Of a stretch of 64,000 bases of DNA, positions 40,437 through 50,722 are shown in pieces. Source of the DNA: an uncultured Phycisphaerales bacterium (lineage in GTDB: Bacteria > Planctomycetota > Phycisphaerae > Tepidisphaerales > Tepidisphaeraceae); the NCBI GenBank assembly GCA_963844715.1, contig CAWJPJ010000006.1:928001-992000 (forward strand), written 5' to 3'. Position numbers and translations under genes: made by a program. Within the stretch, counting starts at the first letter, position 1. Each line of letters begins with the position of its first letter. The notes under the pieces are model-generated. The model searched no databases and was not told where the DNA came from. It worked only from the letters and a program-made list of their open reading frames with translations.

Positions 40437-41819
40437 ATGGCTCTCTCGACTGCACTACCAGGCGATCACAACGAAGATATCTTCGCCTCCGAGGACTTGG
40501 CCAACCCGCTTCCGAAAAAGCATTTTCCGCGCCATCAGCGGGATCCGCGGCGAATTTACCAGGCGGTGCGCGACGAACTGCTTCTGGATGGGAACTCGCG
40601 GCAGAACCTGGCCACGTTTTGCCAAACCTGGATCGAGCCGGAGGTCCGCCAGCTTCTGGACGATTGCATTGACAAGAACATGGTCGATAAGGATGAGTAT
40701 CCGCAGACCGCGGAAATCGAGAACCGCTGCGCGCATATGTTGGCGAACCTCTGGAACTCGCCGGATGCGGCGGCTTCAGTCGGCTGCTCGACCACCGGTT
40801 CGAGCGAAGCGGCGATGCTGGGCGGCATGGCCATGAAATGGCGCTGGCGCGCGATTCGCAAGGCGGCGGGAAAACCCGCCGAACGTCCCAATCTCATCAC
40901 CGGTCCGGTGCAGATCTGCTGGCATAAATTCGCCCGTTACTGGGACGTCGAACTTCGCGAAATCCCGATGGAAGAGGGCCGGCTGCTCATGAACCCGCAG
41001 GAGGTGCTTGCCCGCTGTGATGAAAACACCATCGGCGTCGTGCCCACCCTGGGGGTCACATTCGACGGACGCTACGAACCGGTCAAGGCAGTCGCCGATG
41101 CCTTGGATGAATTTCAAAAGGAGTCGGGGCTCGATATTCCCATCCACGTGGACGCCGCCAGCGGCGGTTTTCTTGCTCCGTTCTGCGCGCCCGACCTGGT
41201 GTGGGATTTTCGCCTGCCGCGCGTGAAGTCAATCAACACTTCGGGCCATAAATACGGACTGGCTCCGCTGGGCTGCGGATGGGTTGTGTGGCGCCAGCGA
41301 AGTGATTTGCCCGAGGATCTGATCTTCAACGTCAATTATCTCGGCGGCAACATGCCGACGTTCGCCTTAAATTTCTCGCGGCCGGGCGGACAAGTCATAG
41401 CGCAGTACTACAACTTTGTACGGCTCGGGCGCGATGGATACACCCAGGTGCAGTCCGCCTGCTATCGGACCGCGCAGTATCTGGCCAAAGAGATCGCCGC
41501 CCTGGGCCCCTTCGAGATGATCTTCGACGGCGACCCCGTCGGCGGCATTCCAGCCATTTGCTGGAGGATTCCCAAAGGAATAAACCCCGGCTACACCCTT
41601 TACGATCTGGCCGAGCGGCTGACTTTGCGCGGCTGGCAGGTGCCCGCCTATTCCCTGCCGGCGAATCAGCAGGACACGGTTGTGCAGCGGATTATCATTC
41701 GCCTGGGAGTCAGCCGCGATATGGCGGGGCTGCTGGTCGACAATTTCAGGGCCGCCGTCGACTTCCTGACCACGCATCCGACCATGCGTCAGCCGGACGG
41801 CACCGCGTTTCATCACTGA
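40437..41819 (+). CDS. gadB: Glutamate decarboxylase
   Basis: [44 protein letters not shown] (PLP lysine), RGWQVPAY. Confidence 0.93.
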   Translation: MALSTALPGDHNEDIFASEDLANPLPKKHFPRHQRDPRRIYQAVRDELLLDGNSRQNLATFCQTWIEPEVRQLLDDCIDKNMVDKDEYPQTAEIENRCAHMLANLWNSPDAAASVGCSTTGSSEAAMLGGMAMKWRWRAIRKAAGKPAERPNLITGPVQICWHKFARYWDVELREIPMEEGRLLMNPQEVLARCDENTIGVVPTLGVTFDGRYEPVKAVADALDEFQKESGLDIPIHVDAASGGFLAPFCAPDLVWDFRLPRVKSINTSGHKYGLAPLGCGWVVWRQRSDLPEDLIFNVNYLGGNMPTFALNFSRPGGQVIAQYYNFVRLGRDGYTQVQSACYRTAQYLAKEIAALGPFEMIFDGDPVGGIPAICWRIPKGINPGYTLYDLAERLTLRGWQVPAYSLPANQQDTVVQRIIIRLGVSRDMAGLLVDNFRAAVDFLTTHPTMRQPDGTAFHH

Positions 41820-41843
41820 TTGAAGAATGGAACCGGTTTCACA

Positions 41844-43139
41844 ATGAATCTCAAGTCAGGTTTTCTGCCTTGGTTGATCTGGGTTTTGGCGGCGGTGTTC
41901 GTGGTCTTTAACTACGTTCAACAGGTCGTCCCCAATGTCATTGCCGTTGATTTAAGTCAAGCGTTTAACGCAAGTGGGAGCACGCTGGGAAATATTGCCG
42001 CCGCTTATTTCTATGCGTACGCGCTTCTGCAAATTCCGGTTGGGCTAATCGTGGATCGCTTCGGCACGCGCTGGCCGCTGGTTATTGCAATCCTCGCGGC
42101 CGGCATCGGTACGCTTGGATTCGCCCGAGCGCATGATTCCGGCAGCGCGCAGCTTGCCCGATTGCTTATGGGCGCTAGCGCCGCTTTCTCGTTCATCGGT
42201 TGCCTGAAATTGGCGCAGGCATGGTTCCCGCCATCGAAGTTTTCCACTTTGGCTGGGATGACAAATACGGCAGGAATGCTCGGCGCCGCCAGCGGCGCGC
42301 CTGTCGCGGTGCTGGTAAAAGCAATCGGCTGGCGCGCGGCAGTGGCTTGGATGGGCGGCGCGGAGATGGTTCTGGCGATCCTTGTTTTCGCGGTGGTTCG
42401 TGATCGTCCGGCGGACAAGGGCTCATCCCCAGCCACGCATCCATCCGCAAAAACATCTGAAAGATTGCTTGGCGTGCTGGCCGATCCGCAGGTGTGGATC
42501 AATGGCATATACGCGACGACCATCAGCCTGGTGTTTGTGGCTTTTGGCGGACTTTGGGGCGCGGGCTACATCCAAAAGGTTTATGGTTTGGACACGGTGG
42601 GCGCTGCCGGCGCCGGGTCTTATCTGTTCCTTGGCGGCATCGCAGGAAGTCTGTTCTTCGGCTGGTTTTCCGACTATCTCGGGCGGCGGAAAATCCCGAT
42701 GGTTGTGGCCGGCGTTGGGGCGCTGGCCGCCATGTCCGGACTGCTTTATCTGCCAGGACTGCCGCTGGTTGAATTTAAGGCGGGGCTTTTTCTGGTGGGA
42801 TGTTTCAGCAGCGCTAACATTATTTCCTATGCGGTTGCCCGCGATCTCTATCCGAGGCTGGCCGGCTTTTCGATTGGATTCTTAAGCACCTGTTATTTCG
42901 CCGGCAGCGCGGCGTCGCAGCCGCTGGTCGGAATGCTGCTTGAGCGCGGCCACTCCAACGGCAGCGTTACGGGACTTGCCGCCTTGACCGTGGGCGACTA
43001 TCGCTTTGCCCTATCGCCGCTGGTGGGATTTATGTTTGTGGGATTAATTGCCTCGTTGCTGCTGAAGGAACCTTCAACGGAGAACATAGCCGCGACCTCG
43101 TCGGTTTCCCTAAAGACCGCGGATGTTGGCCAGTCGTAG
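41844..43139 (+). CDS. MFS transporter
   Basis: 12 TM pattern; GLIVDRFGTR and GWFSDYLGRRK motif A copies. Confidence 0.9.
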   Translation: MNLKSGFLPWLIWVLAAVFVVFNYVQQVVPNVIAVDLSQAFNASGSTLGNIAAAYFYAYALLQIPVGLIVDRFGTRWPLVIAILAAGIGTLGFARAHDSGSAQLARLLMGASAAFSFIGCLKLAQAWFPPSKFSTLAGMTNTAGMLGAASGAPVAVLVKAIGWRAAVAWMGGAEMVLAILVFAVVRDRPADKGSSPATHPSAKTSERLLGVLADPQVWINGIYATTISLVFVAFGGLWGAGYIQKVYGLDTVGAAGAGSYLFLGGIAGSLFFGWFSDYLGRRKIPMVVAGVGALAAMSGLLYLPGLPLVEFKAGLFLVGCFSSANIISYAVARDLYPRLAGFSIGFLSTCYFAGSAASQPLVGMLLERGHSNGSVTGLAALTVGDYRFALSPLVGFMFVGLIASLLLKEPSTENIAATSSVSLKTADVGQS

Positions 43140-43183
43140 GGAAAGACTGGAGCGCATCAATCCAAGAGGTACAGTCCCACCTG

Positions 43184-43288
43184 GACATTAGGCTCAATGG
43201 CGCAACGCTCGGTTTTGAAATGAGGAAGCCCTTCAACGCGCTGGCCAAAGGGCTCGTTGTCCCGTCAAATTGGAGTGATAGGATTTGA
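43184..43288 (+). pseudogene. Probable C-terminal remnant of a site-specific recombinase gene ending in the att site
   Basis: Reads DIRLNGATLGFEMRKPFNALAKGLVVPSNWSDRI*; its last codons are the tRNA-Pro 3' fragment. Family assignment is from recall, not a search. Confidence 0.5.
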
Positions 43289-43298
43289 ACCGATGACC
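43271..43298 (-). repeat. Duplicated tRNA-Pro 3' fragment (T arm plus acceptor strand)
   Basis: TGGAGTGATAGGATTTGAACCGATGACC versus TCGGGGTGATAGGATTTGAACCTACGACC in the intact tRNA at 45286-45314. Confidence 0.85.
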
Positions 43299-43384
43299 TG
43301 TCGGCGCGGCAACCGCTCTAAAACGCGTTCCCCACGGACTTCCAAAATCGGGGTGACAAGTCACCAGTTGAACTTTCCTGCGTT
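43299..43384. repeat. Repeat R copy 1 overlapping repeat B copy 2
   Basis: 43299-43356 matches 45235-45294 (about 50/60); 43342-43384 matches 40014-40056 (38/43). Confidence 0.8.
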
Positions 43385-43656
43385 CTTCGCTCAGAAATGA
43401 GGGCGTAAAGCGGCGCGGTGCATCGCCAGTTATAACGACCTCGTTCAGTTCCCGGACGGGGTATACGCCGTAGATTGCCAGCCCCTTCAGTGTTGGTTCA
43501 ACCTGAAATGGAACGAGGGCGATTCCCATTCGTGACATCGAAAGGTCCATGAGTCTGATTGAGAGCTGGCGATGTCATTTGAACGAGTCAGCCTTCCAGA
43601 ATAGGCCGGCGACGGACCAGAACATCGACACCAAACGAGGGGGAGTCGCCCAGCAT

Positions 43657-43698
43657 TATAGCACCGCTATAGACACCGACGTATAGCAGTGCTATAGT
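43657..43698 (+). promoter_or_regulatory. Sigma70-type promoter overlapped by two TetR-like operators
   Basis: TATAGC-N3-GCTATA at 43657-43671 and 43682-43696; TAGACA-17 nt-TATAGT ending 6 nt before the ATG. Confidence 0.7.
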
Positions 43699-43704
43699 GC
43701 TCGG

Positions 43705-44262
43705 ATGACTACGCGAGAGACGCTGGTAACAGCGGCGATAAAAATCATCGAAAGGGACGGGGCGGCGGAGTTTTCCACGCGGGCGGTCTGCACGCTCGCG
43801 AAGGTAACCGCACCGACGCTCTATCACCATTTCGGCAGTGCCGACGGCCTGCTGAGCGCCGCCATCGAGGAGGCGTTCAACCAGTTCCTTGAACGCAAAA
43901 AGGCCGTTGCGCGACAGCCCGATTCTGAGTCTGCTCTGCGGCACGGCTGGAACAACTACGTCCGCTTTGCCGCGGAGCGCCCGCGACTCTACGCGGCGAT
44001 GATTTCCCGCCTTCTTCTGGGAGCCAAGATCCCGGCTGCCGAGCAGGCGAGATTGCACTTGATGGCACGCATCAAGGCCGTCGCCGACAAGGGACGGCTC
44101 GCCATCGCCGCCGACGCCGCCGCCGATCTCGTCTGGGCCTCCTCCCACGCAGCCGCTCTTCTCTACGTCATGGGGAAACCCGATCAAGTCGTTATCGACG
44201 GCCTGCGTGACCGGGCGATGGGGATAGTCTTCAAACCAACGACAAAAGGAAAAAACAAATGA
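43705..44262 (+). CDS. TetR/AcrR-family regulator
   Basis: FSTRAVCTLAKVTAPTLYHHFGS HTH. Confidence 0.92.
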   Translation: MTTRETLVTAAIKIIERDGAAEFSTRAVCTLAKVTAPTLYHHFGSADGLLSAAIEEAFNQFLERKKAVARQPDSESALRHGWNNYVRFAAERPRLYAAMISRLLLGAKIPAAEQARLHLMARIKAVADKGRLAIAADAAADLVWASSHAAALLYVMGKPDQVVIDGLRDRAMGIVFKPTTKGKNK

Positions 44263-45227
44263 AAGTCTTTGTCACCGGAGGCTCCGGCTTCCTTGGTTCG
44301 CGTATGATCAAACAGCTTGCGGCCGACGGTCACAACGTTCTTGCCCTCACCCGGTCTGAGGCGTCTGATGGGAAAATTCGTTCGCTGGGAGCGACCCCGT
44401 TGCGGGGTGACATTGAGCGGCCCGAGTCGCTATCTCTGCCCGCGATCGATGCCGTCATCCATGCGGCGGCCTACTTCCGTTTCGCAGGTCCACGTAAACC
44501 CTATTTCAACGCGAACGTGGTGGGTACCTCCGCGATCCTGAAAGCAGCGGAGCAGGCCGGAGCAAAGACCTTCATTTACGTGAGCGCCGGCGCGGTTGTC
44601 ATGGACAACCGGGGCACGGCCGTCCACAACGCCGACGAGAGTGCCCCCACATTTCCCGACAGCTTCTCGGGCTACATCGCGAGCAAGGCACGCGGTGAAG
44701 CGGCGGTGCTGGCGGCGAACAAAGCCGGCTTCCGCACGGTCGCCATTCGGCCACCTGCCATCTGGGGGCCGAACGACAGGTTCAGCCACGAACTCCCACG
44801 CGTCATTAAATCCGGCCAGTTCGCCTTCATCGATCGCGGCAACTACGCATTCGCAACTTGCCACGTCGATAACGTGATCGAGGCCGTGCAAGGTGCGCTC
44901 GATCGCGGCACCGGCGGACGGGCCTACTTCGTTGCCGACCGCGAGCCCACGAGCTTTCGCAGATTCGTCGCCACGATCGCGGAGAGGCAGGGGTTGTCCG
45001 TCGACCGGCTACGGTCCATCCCTTATCGCCTGGCGTTCACGTTGGGACGAGTCATGGAACTCGTAGCGGCCCTCAGGTTCTCCAAGACTGACCCGCCGTT
45101 GTCACGTACGATGGTGCGGATGATCGGGCGGGAATTCACAACCAACGACGCGGCCGCGCGCCGTGAGCTGGGCTACGTTGGCAAGACCTCAAGGGCTGAG
45201 GGTATGGCGACATATCGCAGCGCTTAG
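44259..45227 (+). CDS. NAD-dependent epimerase/3-beta-HSD-like extended SDR
   Basis: VTGGSGFLG, HAAA, YIASK, IRPPAIWGP. Confidence 0.9.
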   Translation: MKVFVTGGSGFLGSRMIKQLAADGHNVLALTRSEASDGKIRSLGATPLRGDIERPESLSLPAIDAVIHAAAYFRFAGPRKPYFNANVVGTSAILKAAEQAGAKTFIYVSAGAVVMDNRGTAVHNADESAPTFPDSFSGYIASKARGEAAVLAANKAGFRTVAIRPPAIWGPNDRFSHELPRVIKSGQFAFIDRGNYAFATCHVDNVIEAVQGALDRGTGGRAYFVADREPTSFRRFVATIAERQGLSVDRLRSIPYRLAFTLGRVMELVAALRFSKTDPPLSRTMVRMIGREFTTNDAAARRELGYVGKTSRAEGMATYRSA

Positions 45228-45234
45228 GGCGGCA

Positions 45235-45294
45235 TGTCGCCGCGGCGACCGCTCTAAACCGAACGCCCCACGGACTACCGAAAAATCGGGGTGA
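45235..45294. repeat. Repeat R copy 2, abutting the tRNA-Pro 3' end
   Basis: Matches 43299-43356; contains the perfect palindrome GTCGCCGCGGCGAC. Confidence 0.8.
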
Positions 45295-45362
45295 TAGGAT
45301 TTGAACCTACGACCTCTTGGTCCCGAACCAAGTCGCTCTAAACCAAACTGAGCTACACCCCG
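45286..45362 (-). tRNA. tRNA-Pro(CGG), stand-alone copy
   Basis: CGGGGTG acceptor, CTTGG-TT CGG GA-CCAAG, GTAGG TTCAAAT CCTAT; one extra base before the anticodon stem. Confidence 0.92.
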
Positions 45363-45533
45363 GCGTTTCTGCTTTCCTGACGATCTCCGGGGCGGAAAGT
45401 CTATCTGATGCACCGCGGGAGGCAAGCGAATCGGGCCGGGCGCGAAAACAGAGGCGTTTTTCAGCGAAAGCCGACAGATAGCCATCCGTTGGTTTTTTTT
45501 GTACCTTGTCCACCCACCAACCAAAGGAGATGC

Positions 45534-46022
45534 ATGGCAAAGCAGTACCCGCAGCAGCCGGCGATGACGATCGACGCCGCCAAGAATTACACCGCGACGA
45601 TCGACACGACCAAGGGAAAGATCGTCTGCCAGTTGTTTGCCAAGGATGCGCCGGTGACCGTGAACAATTTCGTCTTCCTCGCCCGCGAGAAGTTTTACGA
45701 TGGGACGAAATTTCACCGCGTGATCGCCGACTTCATGGTTCAGGGCGGGGACCCCACCGGCACGGGAACGGGCGGGCCGGGGTACAAGTTTGCCGATGAG
45801 ACGAGGAATAATCCCAACAAGCACAAGGCCGGTTCCCTCTCAATGGCCAACGCCGGGCCGAACACCAACGGCAGCCAATTCTTCATCACCCACGTCGTCA
45901 CCGATTGGCTCGACGGCAAGCACACCGTCTTCGGCCAGGTGAAGGACAAGGCCGGCCAGGACGTGGTGAACTCAATTAAGCAAGGTGACAAGATCAACAG
46001 CGTCGAGATCAGCGAGGCGTAG
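45534..46022 (+). CDS. Cyclophilin-type peptidyl-prolyl cis-trans isomerase
   Basis: [56 protein letters not shown]. Confidence 0.95.
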   Translation: MAKQYPQQPAMTIDAAKNYTATIDTTKGKIVCQLFAKDAPVTVNNFVFLAREKFYDGTKFHRVIADFMVQGGDPTGTGTGGPGYKFADETRNNPNKHKAGSLSMANAGPNTNGSQFFITHVVTDWLDGKHTVFGQVKDKAGQDVVNSIKQGDKINSVEISEA

Positions 46023-48069
46023 AATCGCGCCAAATCTGCCGAAGGGCGGATTCGAAATTCCGCGTAAACCGCTTCGCGTCCATCAGCGGGGACTTGCGCA
46101 TCCGATCGCGCAGACTCCCCCGCAGTGCGCGTAAGCGTGCCCAAATCCGCCGCCAGTGCCGCGGCGTTCTTGACGAATTGCTCGGGCGAATCCGCGACCA
46201 AATCCCCCGCGAGCCCGAGATTTTTAGATTGACTATAGCCCGCGCGCGACACGGCCGTCTGCCCGCGAAGCGTGACGATCGGCACGCCCATCCACGAAGC
46301 GTCCAGGCTGGTCGTATGCCCGTTGTACGGGAACGTATCCAACCCGATGTCGATGCGATGGTAAATCTCCAAGTATTTCCCGCGCGGCTGCGGCTGCACA
46401 AATTCAACGCGCGAGGCGTCCACGCGTAGCTTTTCGATCAGCCGCTGCCGATGTTCCCCCGCCGGCGACATGAGAATAAGCCGGGAGTCCCCCACCACCG
46501 CCAGCACCTTCCCCCAAAGCTCGAAAGTCTCCTCATTCGTCTTGACGAAATTATTCAGACACCCGAACGTGATGCTCCCGATCGACTGCGCCGGCAGCGG
46601 CGAAGGCTCGCCGGTCTCCATTAATTCCATCGCATCGAAGTCGTAGCACCAAAAGCTATCCGGGAGCCGTATCGACTTTTCCCGGTAGAATGAATCCGAT
46701 TCGCCCGGCGGATCAAGATGCGGGTCCGTCAGACGATAGTCCATCGTTTCCAAACCGGTCCCACCAGGATAACCGGCAAAAGTCATCTGCACCGGGGCCG
46801 GCTTGTAAGCAAAAAGAAGAATCCGATTGCCGCGCATATGCAGGGCGAGATCAACCAGGATGTCGATGCGATCGTGCCGAATCGATTCGGCCACATTCTC
46901 ATCGGAAACCCCTGCTATGTCGCGCCATCCGTCGGCGTATGCCTGAAACTGCTCGGTCATCGAATCGGGCCGAATCGTATTGGAATAGCAGAACACCTCG
47001 AACTGATCCGCGTTGCGATGCCGCACCAGCGGCAGTATGTTCCGCCCCACGACATGCTTACAAAAGTCGGGCGATACCAGCCCGATTCGCAGCCGCCGAT
47101 CCGGATTTCGGTCCGCATCGTGCCAGCGGCGCAGCGCTCGCAACGGCGCGGCGTGCCGATCGTTCCATTCCGCGTGCTTTCGTCGAATCAAATCCGCGTC
47201 CGCATTCGGATCAAAATGCAGGGCGTACACCAGATTGCTGTGAATGGAGGAATTCCCCGGCTGGAGTTTGACGGCCCGCGTAAAAGCATCGATCGCAGCG
47301 TGAATGTCGCCCGCCGCCTGAAACGCATTGCCCAGGGAATTCTGCACCTCGGCATCATCGTTGTTTTCCCTGGCGATTTTACGCAGCACGGATATCGATT
47401 CATCCAGATCGCCGTTCAATGCCAACGCCTGGCCAAGCAAAATCGAGGTGCGCAAGAATTGCGGTTGAAGCTGAACCGCCCGGCGAGCCGCGGGAATCGC
47501 GAGCGACGACCTGCGCGAGCCAAAAGCGCGTCCGCCAAATTGGCGAAGATCAAAGCTCCATCCGGCTGCAACTCCGTGGCACGGCTCAAACAGGCGATCG
47601 CATCATCCAGCAACCCCAACGCCCGCAGCGCACGCCCTAGATTGTTATGAGCCGCCGCATAATTCGGCCGCAGCGCCAGCGCCCGCCGCGCCGCGGCAAC
47701 CGCCTCCTCGAATTTCCCCGTCTCGCACAACGCGTCGGCCAGATTCGCGTACGCCTCCGGATAATTGGGATTCAGTTCCAGCGCCGTTTTGTATGCCGAG
47801 ACCGCTTTCTCCGGCTGATTCGATTTCGCCAGGGCGGACCCAAGATTGCACTGGTAATCAGCCGCCTGCGGCGCGGCGGCGACCGTGCGCGAAAGAAGCG
47901 CGACCCCTTCCTTCAAGTCGCCCAGTTGACACTCAACGATCCCCAGAATGTGCAGGATGGCGGCATCGTTCGGATCAGCGGCATGAGCGATCCGATATAG
48001 CGCCCGCGCGTCTTCGAGCCGGCCGGCGCGATAATGCCCCAGCGCCAAGTCGAGCGGCCGTTCGCTCAT
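46009..48069 (-). CDS. TPR-repeat GT41/SPINDLY-like protein, frameshifted
   Basis: TPRs; [38 protein letters not shown]-terminus [12 protein letters not shown] in another frame. Confidence 0.85.
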
Positions 48070-50032
48070 CCAGTTAAACCTTTCAGTGCGCCGGCCAACC
48101 GTTCGATCGGCACACTCCAGTCGCCGATGGTTTCCTGTCTGAAAAGCCGCATCGTGGGATACCACGGCGAGTCCGTGCGATCCAGAAGCCAACGCCAGTC
48201 CGGAACGCGCTTCAATAACGTCCAAACGCGCTTGCCCAGCGCCCGGCAAGCTGCGCGGCGGCGGTGTCGACGCTGACGATCAAATCAAGCTGATCCATCA
48301 GCGCCGCGGAATCGGCAAAATCCTTGATGTGCGACGTCGTGTCGATCATATTCATTCCGGACGGCGGATTTTTCGCCTCTGCCGCGGCGTTACCCAATTG
48401 CACGCTGTAAAACTGAATTCTCGGATCGGCCAGCGGCGCCAGCATATTCAGCGAGATCGATCGCCCCGGAGGAAGCGCGCGTCCCGCCCAGATCAGGCCC
48501 ACTTTCAATTTGCCCGCGCCCTGTGCGATCGCATCCGAAAACTTCTGCCGCAATTCGGGATCGCTCTTCAAGTACGCCCCCTCCCATGGCACATCCTGCG
48601 GACTCACCAGCCGCATTGCCAGCGGAAGACTCGGCAGCGGGCAATGAACGTCGAATTCCGGAAGCGTCTGGCCGGGGGCAATGAACTCAATGTCTGCATT
48701 CAATGTTTCCAAAAGCCGTCGCATCGGCGGCTGATAGAGGAGAAATACTTTTCCACCGCGCCGCGCCACCATTGGTATATAGCGCGCAAAGTGAATCGTA
48801 TCGCCAAACGCCTGCTCGCAGTGGAGGAGGATCCGCTTCCCCGTAAGATCGCCTCCCCCCCAGATCGGAACCGTGAATCTGGAAATTCCCGGCAAGAACG
48901 CGGGAACTCTCTTCCGCCATTCATATTCCGCCCAGCCATTTTGAAAATCGCCTTGCAGGAGCAGGATCAACCCGATGCTCCAGCGGGCCAGCGCCAAATC
49001 CGGTTGAAGCTCCAACGCGCGCCGATGCGCCGCCAGCGCGCCGGAGAAATCACCCTTCAAATGGAGCGCATTCCCGATGTTATTCTGAGCCTCCATAAAA
49101 TCCGGCCGCTGTGACAGCGCGATGAGATAGGCCTCTTCCGCGCCGGCGATCTCCTGGTTGGCCAGAAGCGCATTGCCAAGGATATTAAAAGCCTCGGGAT
49201 AATTCGGGCGCAGCGCGACGGCTTGCCGCGCCTCGGTCACCGCCCCATCGCAATCCTGTTTCGCCAGCAATGCCGCCGCCAGCGCCGCATGAAATTCGGC
49301 CGAGTCGGGCTGCTCGGCCAGCGCTTTCCGATACATCTCGATGGCTTCGTCCAATTGCGACTTCGCCAGCAGGGCGTTACCCAGGTTGCAAAACGTAATC
49401 GGCGAATTCGGCCGCAGCGCCAGCGCCCGCCGATACGAGTCGATCGCCTCATCGAATCGATGCTGCGCCGCCTGCACGTACCCCAGATTGTTATGGGCAT
49501 CCGCATAATCCGACCGCAGCGACAGGGCTTTGAAAAACGCCTCCGCCGCGCGGTCCCAATCGCTTTGGGCGGCCAGCGCATTTCCGAGATTGTTCCACAC
49601 CTCCGGCGAATCAGGCCGCAGCGCCAGCGCCTGGCGATATGTGTTCATCGCCTCTTCATATTGCCCCAGCGCTTTAAGTGCGATCCCAAGATTGTTGTAG
49701 ATATCCAGCGAGTTCGGGCTGAGCTGCATCGCCTGGCGGTAGCACGCAACCGCCTCCTGCAGTTTTCCGGTGGACGCCAGGGCCAGTCCCAGGTTGCTGT
49801 GAAAATGAGCGCGATCGGGATGCAGTTCCACCGCGCGGCGCAGGGCGTCGACGGCGGTGACGAGATGCCCCGACTGAAGCGCCACGATCCCCAGCAGATG
49901 CCAGGCCTCGCCGTTCTCCGGCTCGTGAGACAAAACATCGCGGCAGAGCCGATCCGCTTCCTGCCACTGCCCGGATTGCCGGCAATGTTCGGCCAGGTCC
50001 AACGTCTGCTGAAGAGACGACACGGTCATCAT
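48066..50032 (-). CDS. TPR-repeat protein with GT9-like C-terminal domain; frameshift near 48240
   Basis: About 9 TPRs; EQAFGDTIHFARY, DLIVSVDT; tail PDWRWLL..DSPWYPTMRLFRQ in another frame. Confidence 0.85.
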
Positions 50033-50089
50033 TTGAAATGATAAACGATATCCGTAAAAAGTGCTGAATGGGGATTGATGAGTGCGGAA

Positions 50090-50722
50090 TTAAATCGCTG
50101 TTTGCATCTTGCGGGATTGCAACTGATTAAGAAGCTTGCGCCAAGCTCCATCGATCGATGCCAAAATTTCGTCGGGAGACTGGCGGTGCAGTTCCATCGG
50201 CGGACCATAGATGAGGCGGACTGGATGGGACCGGAAAATCCGCCTTCCCTTCGGCCACGCCTGAAATGACCCCTCGATTGCCACCGGCACGACCGGCACC
50301 TCCGCCCGGCGGATGATCAGAGTCACCCCCTTCAATATGGAGCGGATTTCCCCCGTTTCCGAGCGGGTGCCTTCCGGGAACACATTGAGCAGATTCCCCG
50401 CGGAAAGCTGCCGAACGCATTCCTTCAGCGCCCCGATATCCGCCGAATTGCGCTCGACGGGAAACGCGTGAAACTCGCGAATCACCCGATTCAAGAATGG
50501 ATGCTCGAAAAGCGTGCTTCGAGCCATGTAGCTCACCGGACGGCGAAGATGCACGGCCACCAAGATCGGATCCAAAAAACTCTGATGATTGGAAACGAGC
50601 AGCGCCCCCCCTTTTTCCGGAACGTTGTGCTCGTCATATGTTCGCAGGTCGAACATCAACGTCGTCCAGATTCGCGCAATGCATTGGCAAAACCGCCAGC
50701 TTAGCGAACGTTCCATCTTCAA
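50090..50722 (-). CDS. plsC: 1-acyl-sn-glycerol-3-phosphate acyltransferase
   Basis: SNHQSFLD and FPEGTRS motifs. Confidence 0.9.
   Translation of the reverse strand: MKMERSLSWRFCQCIARIWTTLMFDLRTYDEHNVPEKGGALLVSNHQSFLDPILVAVHLRRPVSYMARSTLFEHPFLNRVIREFHAFPVERNSADIGALKECVRQLSAGNLLNVFPEGTRSETGEIRSILKGVTLIIRRAEVPVVPVAIEGSFQAWPKGRRIFRSHPVRLIYGPPMELHRQSPDEILASIDGAWRKLLNQLQSRKMQTAI

Noticed and set aside
43233..43550. 105-aa minus-strand ORF
   Set aside because: It runs through the att repeats and has no recognisable domain; at most a gene fragment
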